DNA of 64,000 nt from contig CM060734.1 in the NCBI GenBank assembly GCA_030704615.1, forward strand, positions 34,038,001 to 34,102,000. Direction: 5' to 3'. Each line of letters opens with the position of its first letter. The first letter of the stretch is position 1. The position numbers and the translations under genes are program-made. This stretch comes from Takakia lepidozioides. Its lineage: Eukaryota; Plantae; Bryophyta. A model generated the notes under the pieces. The model was not told the origin of the DNA. It ran no database searches and worked only from the letters and a program-made list of their open reading frames with translations. Positions 1-12,710 of the stretch are shown here, in pieces.

Positions 1-2628
1 GGATGGCGCACGGAGTTTGATGCACCTGCAAGCTACTAACCTGCGGAGTTAGTGCGCTTTGTTTACTAATTGACTGCCTCTATGGCGTATGGGCCCGTGA
101 TTAGTCAGAGGGGTTAGTTAGATTGAGTCTTCCAGAAGGTTCGCCACGTTTGTCCACGCCTTTATTTGCAATATCGCGTGCGGCGTCACCGTGACGTCAG
201 CACCCACGGATGGACTTCCGTCCGGATCACACTGCGAACTAGATTATTCGGACTTTTTGGGAAATGATGCCATTTATGATTTTGGAATCTAGACGCTGGG
301 GGAATATGTGTGATACCCATGGCAATATTTATCATTCCTCGGCGGCTAAATAAGGTGTTACCTAACAATCAGTATCATTTCCAATTAAATAAATATAAAA
401 GATATTCCGGTTGTATGTATCATTGAATGTCGCGAATTGTTGGGGCATCTTTGTCATTGAAAGCTTAGGTCGCAAGGCTTGCTGGCTATTATTACCGAGG
501 TGCTCCCACAAATATTCCTGACTAAGTGCAATCTCGTGCCAGTTGGTGAGCTGCAGCCTTTGAAGGTTGAACTCGCTGGGGCACAGCGCCCGAGGTTTGA
601 CCCGATCGGACAGCTTCTACTACTGGGTTACGTGCTCGCCAAACTTCCCCGTTGGAGCCGATCTCCTTGGAATTTGGTGACCTGTTATCGACTGACTCAC
701 CTTCTTACATAAAGAGGGCTGGCAATTAACGGATATCAATATCCTCCCTCCTCTTTTCCCTGACCATTTGCGGATGCTCCCTTATTCCGCTCTTAATTCA
801 GTTACGAAAAGCTGGGTTTGTATGGACGATGTCTTTGATGCACGAATTACAGCTCAAAGGTTAGTTTTCATCGACATGGGCGATTGTCCGAGTCCTCTCT
901 TACTTAACCCTAACTCGATTTGAACTCGACTTCAAAATGTAAGTTCGATTCAGAGAGCCTGCTTCTGCGAAGTGATGAGACATAGGTAATATACCGCTGG
1001 AACAAATTGTCACAGTCACACCGACAGTTTCGATGTCGGTGTCCAAGTTTCGAGATTTAGTTGGACCGGTATTTATTCAACCAATCGAAGTTCTTTTCCG
1101 CGCGATACACGTTTCATCAAATCTATTTCATTTAAGGTGAAAGGATCTGGCCTCAGGTTCAAAGGTTCAAATATTCAAACATTATTACCCTTTCTCACGC
1201 TCTTATATTACCCAGCTCCTTTAAAATGTCGGGCATCGTCACCATCAGTACTGCTACCGAATGGCCTGTGCTGGTCTCGTTGAAGGCTTTAGCCAATATG
1301 TCCAATTGTCCAGAATGATGCTCAGCACGGCTGCTGCCTCTTTGCATAACATGCAGATGATCATATAACGAGATCGGATTTCTGGACACTCTGACCTCGG
1401 TCTCCCATCGCTTAGATAAGTCTCTAACTCGCCATTGCGTCAGATGATCTAGACGTTGTTACAGCGTGTTCATCATCATACACTGCAATCAGCATCAACA
1501 TGCTACCCATTCTTTTGCATGATACATATGCAGGATCTGAATCTGGACACTCGACCGCTTAGGTATAGGCCGCTAACTTGCCACTGCGTCAGATGAAGCT
1601 AGACATTGTAAGTGCAGTTTTACAAGGTAGGGTGTTCATCAGCATACAGCCGGGAGAATAGGAGGGAGCATATCTGAGATTTAACATCTTGATTGCCCAC
1701 TCAACAGAGAGAAATCTCTTAACTTGATGATTTTGACATCAAGGATTACACCAAAGAGCGGGAGAAAAGAGAGGGATATTGAAGGAAGAGCCACATATAT
1801 AATGTAGTGTCTGGAAAAGAACCAGTCCAGAGAGTCACGGCTGGCTGACGATCGAGCTAGATAAAGATATCCAGAGACAATTCGAGTGACAAAACAGCCT
1901 TCAAGAGGCTGATTTTCAGAGTGGCTTTGGATTTAGTCTAAAGGAAATTGTAGGCCCTGTCTCTTTCTGCGAGAGAAGAAATGGTCGATGATGGCCAGCC
2001 ACACACCCGAGGGGGAAAGTTTGTACTGGACAGCATGCCCAGTCAAACTAACGGCAACCCCTCAAACCAAAAGCCACCGACACTGCCTCATCTTGTGTAC
2101 ATCAAATTTTGGCCAATGCATGCAAAGAATCGCACACTGACTACTTTTATCGTTGCTGCAGATATGTATGATTGAAATGGAGAAAAATAACTCGCTACTA
2201 GTTGGAAAAGCTTGCCAAATGCTATCACCTTACCCACTCCAATAAGCCAAACCCCCAATCCTTTCTTCTACCTCTATCAAAACATAATGGTTTCATGTGT
2301 TTTTATCAATAGGATATTTACTTTTATTTTTATTTATTTTTAATTTTCGTTTTTATTTCCTCATACCATTTTTGGTCTCCAATACTTTGCATAAATTAGT
2401 AAGCCAATAGAATTGATTGCCTTTGCGTCAATTAAAAAAGAAATACTCATTGGCGCACTCATCCTAGATGTTTTGGAGAGCAAGTTTGTGTATCATACCG
2501 GTCGATCAAGATGTCCACGAATTTATTGGCTCCTCCTTGGATAGGAGACTAGTACGCATCATGAAATTTTAAAAGTGACATAAAGTGCATAATATTAAGA
2601 GTTTTTGAATAATTATAGATGAATTTAC

Positions 2629-3301
2629 CAGTGTTGGACTGGTAATATATGGTCTAAGGCCTGGTATATATATTGGTATCAATACTGGCATTTGATAACA
2701 GACCAACCTGGTCTATGGTTGGGCATACTACTCCTGCCCATACCAAGGTACCCACATATTAGTCTTTGGCAGATATGCGTAGATACCCCATCAGTTTGGT
2801 ATTACATTCGGGGTACCAATATTCGTACTAGTTCCTGCAAGCCAACCTCCTCCCTTGCCTGGTATGAAGCTGTTGTCTATAAGGTGTTGCTATATGTAGT
2901 TTCAAGGCAATGTTCTGGGCTTGAGGTAGATCACAGGAGGTTACTTTTATTTTGTTTCACCACTTGAAACTTTGGGAAACATAAATTGAATGGCTGCCTT
3001 CTACTTGTACACAGATTCATGTGATCTGTATATATCTATTTCGAACATGACTGCCTTCTTTTTGTGGCTTCTCATCAATACCAATGTTCCTATATACTTA
3101 CTGGTATCACGTTAAGCATATTTATATTGATACCAGTGCATCATGAAACTATAATGCATCAATAATTACTTATAAAACCAGACTGGTAGATCAATTTCAA
3201 ACTATGCCAGTACCAGTTCTAGTATGGTATCTCATGGCTTAAGAGACATATATACCAGGACCAGACTGGTATGTAATATACTTGATACCAGTCCAACACT
3301 G
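2629..3301. mobile_element. hAT-type non-autonomous element (MITE), 673 bp
   Basis: TIRs CAGTGTTGGACTGGTA (from 2629) and TACCAGTCCAACACTG (to 3301); 8-bp flanks GAATTTAC (2621-2628) and GAAATTAC (3302-3309) match 7/8, as expected of a hAT TSD; many internal ACCAG/CTGGT motifs. Confidence 0.85.
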
Positions 3302-3427
3302 GAAATTACATCTCATATTTCACATAAGGAAAAACCATTATGCTTTTTGAACTTATGCTCCATGTTTAGGATCCTTAAATATGGCCCTTAATGGCCAAAA
3401 GCATTTTTTGCAAAATTGCAAAAACAA

Positions 3428-3830
3428 TGATCATTTCCCGGCCACAAAAAGGCACATAACTGGGCACAACTTCACATCCATGAGACCTGGAGGTGAGTTA
3501 CCACCTCAAAAACTTTTCAGAATTTTCCACCATAGAAGTTGGGAGTTTTTAACAATTTAGTGGAGGATACAAGAGAATCCAAGTAGTTTTTGGAGGACAA
3601 AAATTCTGGCTTTCTTATGGAGTTTTTTTTAAGTAGAAGGTATTGTCCAAACTTTTTTTAGGGCTTCTCATTGAAAGATAATAGTGTCTTCAAATGCGCG
3701 CGTGTGCCTACGACGGGGCCTACGTGTGGCAGAGGGGCCGTATAGGAGCACCCCTACCCGTCGGAGGGTCTGCCGCTGCTCAGTCTGCTCAGTCTGCTAC
3801 GGCCCATAAAACATATAAACATGTACTGGT
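3428..3830 (+). repeat. Dispersed copy of the right end of the ACTGGT-bounded element (matches 12283-12710)
   Basis: Near-identical to 12283-12710 from TGATCATTTCCCGGCC to CATGTACTGGT; similarity stops exactly after ACTGGT. Confidence 0.9.
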
Positions 3831-4199
3831 GTCAAGTTATTTCACCACTAGTGTGAAGCTAGCTAGGAAATAGCTAGCTTTTACATGTTGACATTTGGGA
3901 TTGGCCCAAGTGTCAATCTAAGGGTCAAGGCAGATTTAGGCCCTTACCACTAATAGAGTGGTGTCTAAGTGATTCATACATTCTCCTACAATTCCTATAC
4001 ATTCCAAATGAATCTACAAATCCAAATACTCTTGAAGATTCACCATTCAAAAAACAGAATAGAATCCAAGACAATTAGCGTTGGAACAGAGTCAACAAAA
4101 TCCAACCATGATAAAGGATGACATACTACATCTACACTACGTCTCCGCAGGCATGCTAAAAGCCATGAACTACTTTCCTGCCTTTTGGTCAGTGATAGA

Positions 4200-4562
4200 C
4201 CATCTACCCATGCAAGTTTCTTGTAGCTATTGATCCACAGGGAATCATAGGTAACCTTATGCTTGAAATCTGGCCCTCTTGGATGAATTTGGACCCACAC
4301 TCTATCTCTGCTCCTTCAGCTATCCATGCCTCTACACAAAATCATGCATTCATCCTTGGCTTGCTACTAGCAGCTGACAATGACAGCCTAGAGTTGTTCC
4401 AGCAAACACCCCAACCCTACTTGTCACACTAGTTCATATGCTCAACTGCATCTACTACTCTCTATAATCCAACAGGCATTCACCTTCATGCCTCGATTGT
4501 CCCACCATCGGTTGGGGTCAGAAAGGTATTCATTCCATACCTTCTCCTCATCTCTGTTACCT
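4200..4562 (-). pseudogene. Fragment encoding one OSB-type PDF ssDNA-binding motif, split by a probable intron
   Basis: Minus strand reads EEKVWNEYLSDPNRWWDNRGMK, then AAG|GTGAAT donor, then IHPRGPDFKHKVTYDSLWINSYKKLAWV; matches the W..F..P..WWDNR..K..P..PDFKHK....LW pattern of plant OSB proteins; acceptor looks mutated (CAA for CAG). Confidence 0.75.
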
Positions 4563-4769
4563 ATTTTTGGATACTTTCCTGTTGTCATATTGGCAGTATC
4601 ATGTCAGTCACTCCAAACTATCAAAGGTTCACTCGACCAGCTGACTATCAGAATTCAATATGGCCGATTCTGATAAGAGGGAAAAACATGATAGAATGTG
4701 TTGAAGAATGTGCCTTCATTAGCAGTGCCTGATTTTAACAATTGTGTCGCCGCTGCTGCAACTTCCAAG

Positions 4770-6460
4770 CAAATCTGTTAGGGGCCAGACCGCAACCCCT
4801 TAGAAACCATTATGGTTCTAGAAGCTATCATATCTTCATCACCATACTTGTAACAAATCCACCAAGCCATAGCCCACCTAAACTAGAGAAAATGGCAAGA
4901 AGATAGGCCCATTTGAGAACATGTACATCTGGAAACTTGAATGACAAATGCAGATCAATTGCGGGCCCAATCAGAACCCCTTATAAATGTTTATGGATGT
5001 GGAGGCTACATATCTTAATCACCCTACTTGTAATAGATCCACCAAACCATAGCCCACCCAAACTAGAACAGTTGGCAAGAAGATAGGCCCATTTGAGTAC
5101 CTACACGTCCAGAAACTTGAACAACAAGTGCAGATCTGTTGGGGGCCAGACCACAACCCATTAAAAAAAAACTCCAAAGTTTTGGAGGCCACCATATATT
5201 TATCACACTAGTTTTTAGAAATATTCCAAGCCATAGCACACCACAAATGGAGGAATTGGCAAGAAGATAGGCCCATCAAAGTAGCTGAACGTCCGGAAAC
5301 TTGAACAACAAGTGCAGATCTATTGGGGGCCAGACCACAACCTCTTAAGAAAATTCAGATCTCAGTAGGCCACCATAACTTGATTACACTAGTTGTTAGA
5401 AATGTGTCAAGCCATAGCACACCACAATTGGAGCAATTGGCAAGAACATAGGCCCATTTGAGTACCTGAACGTACGGAAACTTGAACAACAAGTGCAGAT
5501 ATGTTGGGGGCCAGACCACAACCCCTTAAATCTCTGGAGGCCATAATATGTTGATCACACTAGTTGTGAGAAATTCTCCAAGCCATAGCACACCACAATT
5601 GGAGCAATTGGCAATGAGATAGGTCCATCTGAATAGTCGAAAGTCCAGAAACTTGAACTACAAGTGCAGATCCGTTGGGGGCCAGACCACAACCCCTTAA
5701 GAAAATTCAGAGCTTAGGATGCCACCATAATTTGATCACTAGTTGTTAGAAATTTTTCAAGCCATAGCACACCACAATTGGAGCAATTGCCAAGGAGATA
5801 GACCCATCTGAATAGTTGAACGTCTGAAAACTTTAACTACAAGTGCAGATCTGTTGGGGGCCAGACCAAAACCCCTTAAGAAAATTCAGAGCTCAGGAGG
5901 CAACCATACTTTTATCACATTAGTTATTAGAAATGTTTCAAGCCATAGTAAACCACAATTGGAGCAATTGGTAAGGAGATAGGTCCATCTGAGTACCTGA
6001 ACGACCAAAAACTTGAACAACAAGTGCAGATCTATTGGGGGCCAGACCAAAACCCCTTAAGAAATTTAGAGCTCAGGAGGCCACCATAACTTGATCACAC
6101 TAGTTGTTAGAAATGTTTCAAGCCATAGCACACCACAATTGGAGCAATTGGCAAGAAGAGAGGCCCATTTGAGTACCTGAATGTCCGGAAACTTGAACAA
6201 CAAGTGCAGATCTGCAGGGGGCCAGACCACAACCCCTTAAGGAATTCCAAATAGCACAAATGGAGGAATTGGCAAGAAGATAGGCCAACCCATCAAAGTA
6301 GCTGAATGTCTGGAAACTTGAACAACAAGTGCAGCTATACTGGGGGCCAGACCACAACCCCTTGAAAATCTTTATGGCTTTGAAGGCTAGCATATCTTCA
6401 TCACCCTACTTGCTACAAATCAACCAAGCCATAGCACACCCAAATTGGAGAAATTGGCAT
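4770..6460. repeat. Tandem array of ~180-bp units (about 9-10 diverged copies)
   Basis: GCAGATCTGTTGGGGGCCAGACCACAACCCC-like anchor recurs near 4775, 4950, 5130, 5315, 5495, 5665, 5845, 6026, 6206 and 6331. Confidence 0.92.
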
Positions 6461-6479
6461 GAAGATGGGGCGCAACATA

Positions 6480-6745
6480 AATGAATGTGACTCGGTCTGG
6501 CTTCACCCCTTGCTGATGTGCATTTGCTCACATATCTCCAAAGCCTATCCCCCATATCCATGTTGTGCATGTCCTGCAGTCATAGCACTCCAGAACACAT
6601 CTTGTTTGCCCATCAAACATTTCATTTGCATCCACAATGCTTCCACATTTGGCATACATATCAACAATGGTATTGTTCAGAATGACATCTGGTATTATTC
6701 CAGCCTTGACGATGTCACCATGGACATCTTTACCCTTCATGAATA
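6480..6745 (-). pseudogene. PLS-class PPR gene fragment
   Basis: GKDVHGDIVKAGIIPDVILNNTIVDMYAKCGSIVDANEMFD, then a frameshifted W.AM..GHAQHG motif; stops present. Confidence 0.85.
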
Positions 6746-7249
6746 TATAAATGGCTGAGCCCTAGAATACAACTTCCTGGCAATGTGTACCCCTAAAGAA
6801 CCGGCAATAGAAAACCCAAACCTCGAGCGACCTACTGCAGCAAAAACATGAGAAATGAAGAGGGTGGGAGCGAGATTGATGGAGAGTTGGAGAGCGCTTG
6901 GGTGTGGACTAAGGAGAAGCAAACAATGTGAAAGAAAGATGGGGTAGAGAGGAGGGTGGAGATGATGATATTGAGGGCCGTATGAAAAAGCTAGGAAGCT
7001 GTTGAGCTTCAACCCTCCCCGCATTGATTGCGCACATGTCTCCAAAGTTGTCGAGCTCAACCCTCCCCGCATCGCTTGAGCACAGGTGGTCTCCAAAGCT
7101 TCCATCTCGGACCCTAGCTATGCACCTGCAAATCATCCCACGACACAAACAAAGAAAAACGACCAAGTCCAAGACTCATCGTCCAACACAGAACCCCGAA
7201 ACCCTAAATCTATTTTGAATTATTTTGAACTTTTATTGGATAGTACACT

Positions 7250-7975
7250 TTTTGTTACCCCAGTGGTTTTGGGCTCAATTTTTTTATGAAATGGTTTTTA
7301 TTGTTGGAACCATTTGTTCAATAGCATCATCCTACAATGGTTTGGACACTTGTCTGTTTTTCAAAGTCAGTCATAGGTGCACAAACCACTTAAAGTTTTT
7401 CATGTATCACCACAAAAGTGGTACCAATCACTGTTGTGTAGGCAACCATTCACGAGTGACCACTAGAATAGTGGTTCCAATTACTGCAGTGTCTTTCACC
7501 ACCCACTCTCCACCACTGTCAAAGTGGTACAAATCAATGAGGGGTCTTTAACCACTCAAGATCAACGTGCACTGTCCCCATCCATGTGGAATATTATATT
7601 TGTTAATTAAAATAGATTTCCAAATCATAAATCATAAATAAAATTTGAATTATTACACGTGGAGTAGCAAGTGGTTTCTACCACTTCCCATCACTGAGGT
7701 GTCTATAACCACTCACAATGTACCACTGCACTCGTCCACGTGGAATATTATATTATATTAATTAAAATATATTATAAAATAATAAATAATAAATAATAAC
7801 AAATTATTACACGTGGACTACTGAGTGGTTGAAACCACTTCCAATCACTGTCTGTGATGCTACCGTGGCATTTCATTGGGATTAACCACTGACAAGTGGT
7901 TACTAGTGGTTTATAGAGTGGGAAAAGACAGTAGTGGTTAAAGGGCCAGTGGTTATTTCACGTTTTTCTTTAGTG
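7250..7975. mobile_element. CACTA (En/Spm) transposon terminus with subterminal repeats
   Basis: Ends ...CACGTTTTTCTTTAGTG at 7975 (reverse complement CACTAAAGAAAAACG); dense ACCACT/AGTGGT motifs in both orientations; abruptly truncates the adjacent retroelement frame; partner end not found. Confidence 0.7.
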
Positions 7976-8189
7976 TCAACCCGAGAAAAATCCCCAACCT
8001 CATCCATCACCGCCGCCTTGGCTGCCAACTCCCTCTGAACCTCAAGCACCTCCCACGTGTGCCGTGGATGCCTACACCCCGTGGTCCTCACATGCTCGCC
8101 CCCACTCACTGCCTGTACTATCTCGGTATGCAGAGAGACCATCGAGGGAAGTATACTCCGCACTATGCGTTGCTCAGCCATAGCCAAAC

Positions 8190-9120
8190 TGATAATCTAG
8201 GTCAAGCAATTGAGAACCATTGCTTGCCCCAATACCTGACAACATGATGCCTCAGAAAGAGAAGACACCACCGTGGTCCCAGTGGAAAAACCCATCGCCC
8301 GCTCACACTCGTCAGCATTAGGCTCCACTAATTGCTGCAACTGAGCATCCTACAGGAGGCCAGGTCCACTATCCCGGAAAGCATGCGATCCTGGGAAGCT
8401 GAGCAGTGTAGGTAATGCTGCTCGTGGTTGACCCACCTTGTTGACCACTGCCAAAGGTGAACGGTCATCGCGTCTCACACGTTGAGACTGCCTCCCTGTG
8501 TCCAAAATACTATCCACTATGAGGTGTGCTGGCCGCTGCACCCCATCAAATGCACGCTTAAGCAGTGCAGGTGACATCAAGTTAGTCCACCATAGCCGTG
8601 GGCGATGAGCCCGTGACCCCACTGCCATGACCGGACTTGATGCACTCTGGCCATCACCTTGGCCTGAGAATCGCCCAACAGTGGCACATTCTCCAAGATG
8701 TATACTGGAGATACAACTTGATGAAGTTGTAAGTGGCGCAAAACCCGCACCATCTCCCAAAACAGACCCGACCTTGAGTCTCGCAATCCATTATCATGCC
8801 CAGCTGATGAATGCCCTTGGCAGGGCCAATCTGACACTACCAAATTAATGGAGCCAAACCGCTCCAAATCCTGCGCCCCCAGCAAAAAAAAGTCTGCTGG
8901 CAAGGCTTGCTGATATCCATGAACCGCAAACACTGGTAACAACTCAGGGTACTGTTGCACCAACTGAGCAACATGGCGAAGTGAAACACGTCGTGCAGTC
9001 TCATACCTCTCCACATACAAATAACGTCGAACTCGTACACCTGCCTGTAGCACAGTAGCCAATCCGGTGCTGATCCCGCCAAACAAGTCTAGAAGGCAAA
9101 TGTCTTTATCTGGATACTGC
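8190..9120 (-). pseudogene. DNMT3-like C5 cytosine DNA methyltransferase catalytic domain (frameshift and stops)
   Basis: Motif I LLDLFGGISTG, II YLYVE, IV DWPCQGHS, R..LFWE, VI YILENV, VIII AHRPRLWWTNL (after a frameshift near 8625), IX ECERAMGFSTGTT, X VLGQAM. Confidence 0.92.
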
Positions 9121-9478
9121 CACACAGTACGTGTGGTGTTCAATGGAGACAACTGAGGTGGTCCTGGTGCAATCCCTGCACTCTCCTCCTCTCTTGATGG
9201 TACAAAAACCTCTATCCAGGCTTGTTGTACCCGTCGATCAACAACCCGTTGCAAATCCTTGCTCGTGCCCCACAATGGAGTCTGAGTAACCATGGCAGGA
9301 AACTCCGCCATACTATACATGTCATCATGCTGTCCTGGAGGTGTGTCATCCTTTGAATGAGCATTGCCCTCTAGCAACTCTCCAGGCCAAGTCACTGCAG
9401 CTGTGAATGTTGCTAGTGTCGGCATCTTGCCCCGCTGGGCAACCGCAACTCCTCCTACGTCACAGGGAGCTGCACATG

Positions 9479-9910
9479 CTAGCCCTCCCCTGACTGCCAT
9501 CCAGGCCTATAGGAAGCTGACTCCTCCCAAAAATCCAGGGTGAAGCCCATGGGGTACAACATTGCCCCACCAACCAGGACATCGTACGAGACTGCGTCTG
9601 TCACAATGGCCTTGGCTCGCATCACTGAGCCATCTGTAGGGTGATCCGGCCGTAGTCTAATAGTCAACTCACGTCGTGTCATGCCCCGAGCCTACTCCGA
9701 TCCTCCCAGAGATGTCTGTATTTGGAAATGACAAGGCTCCATATCCACCTCCGTGAGGCCCAAGCCTGCAATAGTAGCTCTGCCTAGCATCAACGGCTGA
9801 GCTCCCGAGTCCAACAAGACCCTCAGTGGGTACCTCTTGCCTGCCGGTCCACTCAAACAGAAAATACCCTCCTGTTTGTCTAACAAGACAACCCCAGGTG
9901 TCACCATGGC
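9479..9910 (-). pseudogene. Retropepsin-type aspartic protease
   Basis: LRVLLDSGAQPLMLG active site and C-terminal YDVLVG motif in the same frame (ORFs 9692..9967 and 9479..9682) across one stop. Confidence 0.85.
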
Positions 9911-10099
9911 ACGCTCAATGGCTGGCCTAGCTGGCAGCTGCAGTTTGCCATGGCGCCGCCGTGGCAATCTTGACCCTCAAATCCAATGATCCCTCCGCCA
10001 CTACACCTTCCACTATCTCCGCAGAAGATGAAGTGACCTTCCTACTCTCACAGAGTATCGCTGCCAGTCTGAACACTACTGCAGGTCTTACCCTCGGCG

Positions 10100-11118
10100 C
10101 CGCAATCATGGTTGCCGAGAACAATGGAGCCTGACACACAGATGTGCCGCCCCCAACAGCACACTAGCTGCCGTAGCCTTGGCAATAGGTAGTGGTGCTG
10201 CCCGTGTAGCTCTCCCCAATGGCGCAATAACCTCTGCCTCGGTAGCAGTTGGGCAAGCATTAAGTGCCATGGATGGCGTCGACCCTGTCTCCGCCAATGT
10301 GAATGATTGAGGCAGCCTAGCCCGACAGCTTGCCTCCCCACGTTGTGGATCCAACTCCACCTCTGCACCTCGTGGCTCAGGAACTCGTACTGCTCCTTGA
10401 GTCACGGCTGCAGCAGACTCCACCTGCATTAGTGGTAATGCTACCCCGTACATGAATCCCATGCCTCCCATATCTCCTCCCTCAGGAGCAAGAGGTGGAC
10501 CCTCAGGCCTTGGAGCTGATACCACCTGAGTTGTGGCCATGGCAGCAAGCCACTGCTCTAGCTGCTGAAGCCGGTTGGCCATGCCTTGGTCAACACCCTG
10601 ACCTCTCGTCCCTGGCCATGCTGAGCTTGCCCTTGGCCTGCACCTCGTGCCTGACCACCTCGTCCTCTTTGAGCTGCTCCACCTCGCCCCTGGCCACCAT
10701 TATTCCGTTGGAACTGGGCCTGGCCGCAGCTCAAGGTGCAAATCATAACATTTGGCCTCTCCATGCCCATACTTGCCACAATGCCCACACTGCAACTATG
10801 CAAGCTGTGCCTGGGCTAACCATTTGTCGTTCTCTGGGCAATCGTTCTTGACATGGGGTCCTCCACATGTCCAACACACCACATCCACCCGTTGTTGGCC
10901 TGCAAATGAAGGAAGAGACCCCTACATCTGAGGTCCTCTCTGTCCTTCCCTGGGCTTCACCTGAGCCCCTTGTTGCCTTGAGCACGTTGAGGTAGTGGTT
11001 GGCTAGGAGCACCACTACCCCACAGTGTCTCAGCAAATCCCACCATGACCACTCGTTCCTCCACCATGTTGAGCTCTATCCGCTCTGCCAGCAAAAACAC
11101 ATTTGCTAAGATTGGTGG
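10100..11118 (-). pseudogene. Gag remnant with CCHC zinc knuckle
   Basis: 10748-10789 reads CGHCGKYGHGEAKC (CX2CX4HX4C), followed by an RG-rich stretch and short coiled coil (MANRLQQLEQWLAAM). Confidence 0.75.
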
Positions 11119-11207
11119 ACTAGTGGTATACTAGTATGTGGTGTGCACATGTGTTTGTGTGGTTTTGGACAACGATGTAGTTGTGTAGCGATATGTATGC
11201 GCACGAC

Positions 11208-12710
11208 ACTGGTAATGCATATAAAAACATTAGTTATTTCAAAGGTTTGTAGAAAGCAGGATAGTGTGGTGGTTAAGGGCAATGAACTATATATTTGTAT
11301 AATTGTTCTTTCTGAAAATTTCCTAAGTCTTTGTTCTTCTGTGGTGGCGGACCTTCCAGCGGACTGGGTGAGTCCACTCTGCATGTAGAGTGGATCCTCT
11401 AGCAGACTTACAGAGTGGACTAGACTGCAGAGTAGACCCTCTCGAGCCCGGTGGACCCTCCAGCAGACTCTCTAGAACAGACTAGACTATCCAATGGACC
11501 CTGGGGCGGACCCGGTGGGTGGGCGCTGGGCTTATGAACTGACCCCATGGGCTGTACTGGCAGGCCCAATAAGGCGCATTGAAGACGATATTATCTTAAA
11601 ATGAGAGGTTTTTTATAAGGAGCACATTTTGCAGCAAATACCACTACCTTCCTACCAAGCTTAAAAAAATGTCGGATTATTTTTTTGTGGCTCCTTTGTC
11701 AAGACGAGCATAGGCAGCAAAAACTTTCACTGTTAATTGCTACAATCGCAATCCATTGAATTTGGAAATTTGCAATGGCGAGTGAGTGGGGTATTATGCT
11801 GGCCTCTCATTTTAAATTATTAGGGTCTTCAACGCAAGCATGTCATGAGGGCCAAGGTGGGGGTCGCATACCCGCGTCCCTCCACCCACACTCACCTAGC
11901 GCGGGCCAAACCGTGGGCCCCACGGTGCGGTCGGTCCCACCCCTCCTACACAGCGGTTGGGCCCTCCGCGGCCCCACCACCACCCCCCCCCTTCCCCCCG
12001 CCCCTCCCTCGTTGGACCCCCGCGCCATCTCGGGTCTGTTGGATCAACTTGGACCCGCCCTGCCATATTGATTGGATCCCTTCGGCACCTTGGTTGTCTT
12101 GCTCTCGGATCCCCCTGCAAGGTCCACAAATCCCCCTCACGTAGCTCTAAAAGTTGGACACCCTCGTTGGACCCCCACGCCATGTTGGGTCTATTGGACC
12201 CCCATGTCTGCCAGGTGTCTGCCAGGTCGGTTGGATCCCTCCGGCACCTGGCTCTGGCTCTTGGATCTGTGTGCAGGGTGCGTGATCATTTCCCGGCCAC
12301 AAAAAGGCACATAACTCGGCATAACTTCACACCATGAGACCTGGAGGTGAGTTACCACCTCAAAACTTTTCAGAATTTTCCACCATAAAAGTTGGGAGTT
12401 TTAAACAATTTAGTGGAGGATACAAGAGAATCCAAGTAGCTTTTGGAGGAAATGTTTTTGGCTTTCTTATGGAGTTTTTTAAGTAGAAGGTATTGTCCAA
12501 ATTTTTTTAGGGCTTCTCATTGAAAGATAATAGCGTCTTCAATGCGCGCGCGTGTGCCTACGACGGGGCCTACGTGTGGCAGAGGGGCCCTATGGGAGCG
12601 CCCCTACCCGTCGGAGGGTCCGCCACGGCTCAGTTTGCTCAGTCCGCTGCTGGGTCTGCTGGACCTAGCCAGTCTGCTACGGCCCATAAAACACATAAAC
12701 ATGTACTGGT
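11208..12710 (+). mobile_element. ~1.5-kb internally deleted non-autonomous element bounded by ACTGGT direct repeats
   Basis: 11208-~12230 is repeated at 12705-~13700; 12283-12710 is repeated at 3428-3830; ACTGGT at 11208-11213 and 12705-12710; ~33-bp internal inverted repeat at ~11574-11606 and ~12515-12547. Confidence 0.7.

Larger units (their letters stand above)
7976..11118 (-). mobile_element. Truncated LTR-retrotransposon internal region: Gag (CCHC) - aspartic protease - C5 DNA methyltransferase
   Basis: Colinear minus-strand order: Gag-like PPILANVFLLAERIE (~11.1 kb), zinc knuckle, LLDSGA protease, DNMT motifs; both ends cut by other elements; no RT, integrase or LTR left. Confidence 0.8.

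Noticed and set aside
1350-1650. Imperfect ~150-bp direct duplication
   Set aside because: No termini, coding signal or further copies; looks like a local duplication
1-2600. Short ORFs in the first 2.6 kb
   Set aside because: No recognisable domains or consistent exon structure
8190-9120. Host DNMT3/DRM gene or bacterial restriction-modification methylase contamination
   Set aside because: Intronless, contiguous with retroviral-type protease and Gag, no PWWP/UBA domains, no restriction enzyme or operon context
11118-11160. Helitron 3' end on minus strand (weak hairpin then CTAG|T) truncating the Gag relic
   Set aside because: Only a 5-bp stem, no 5' TC end or RepHel sequence to support it
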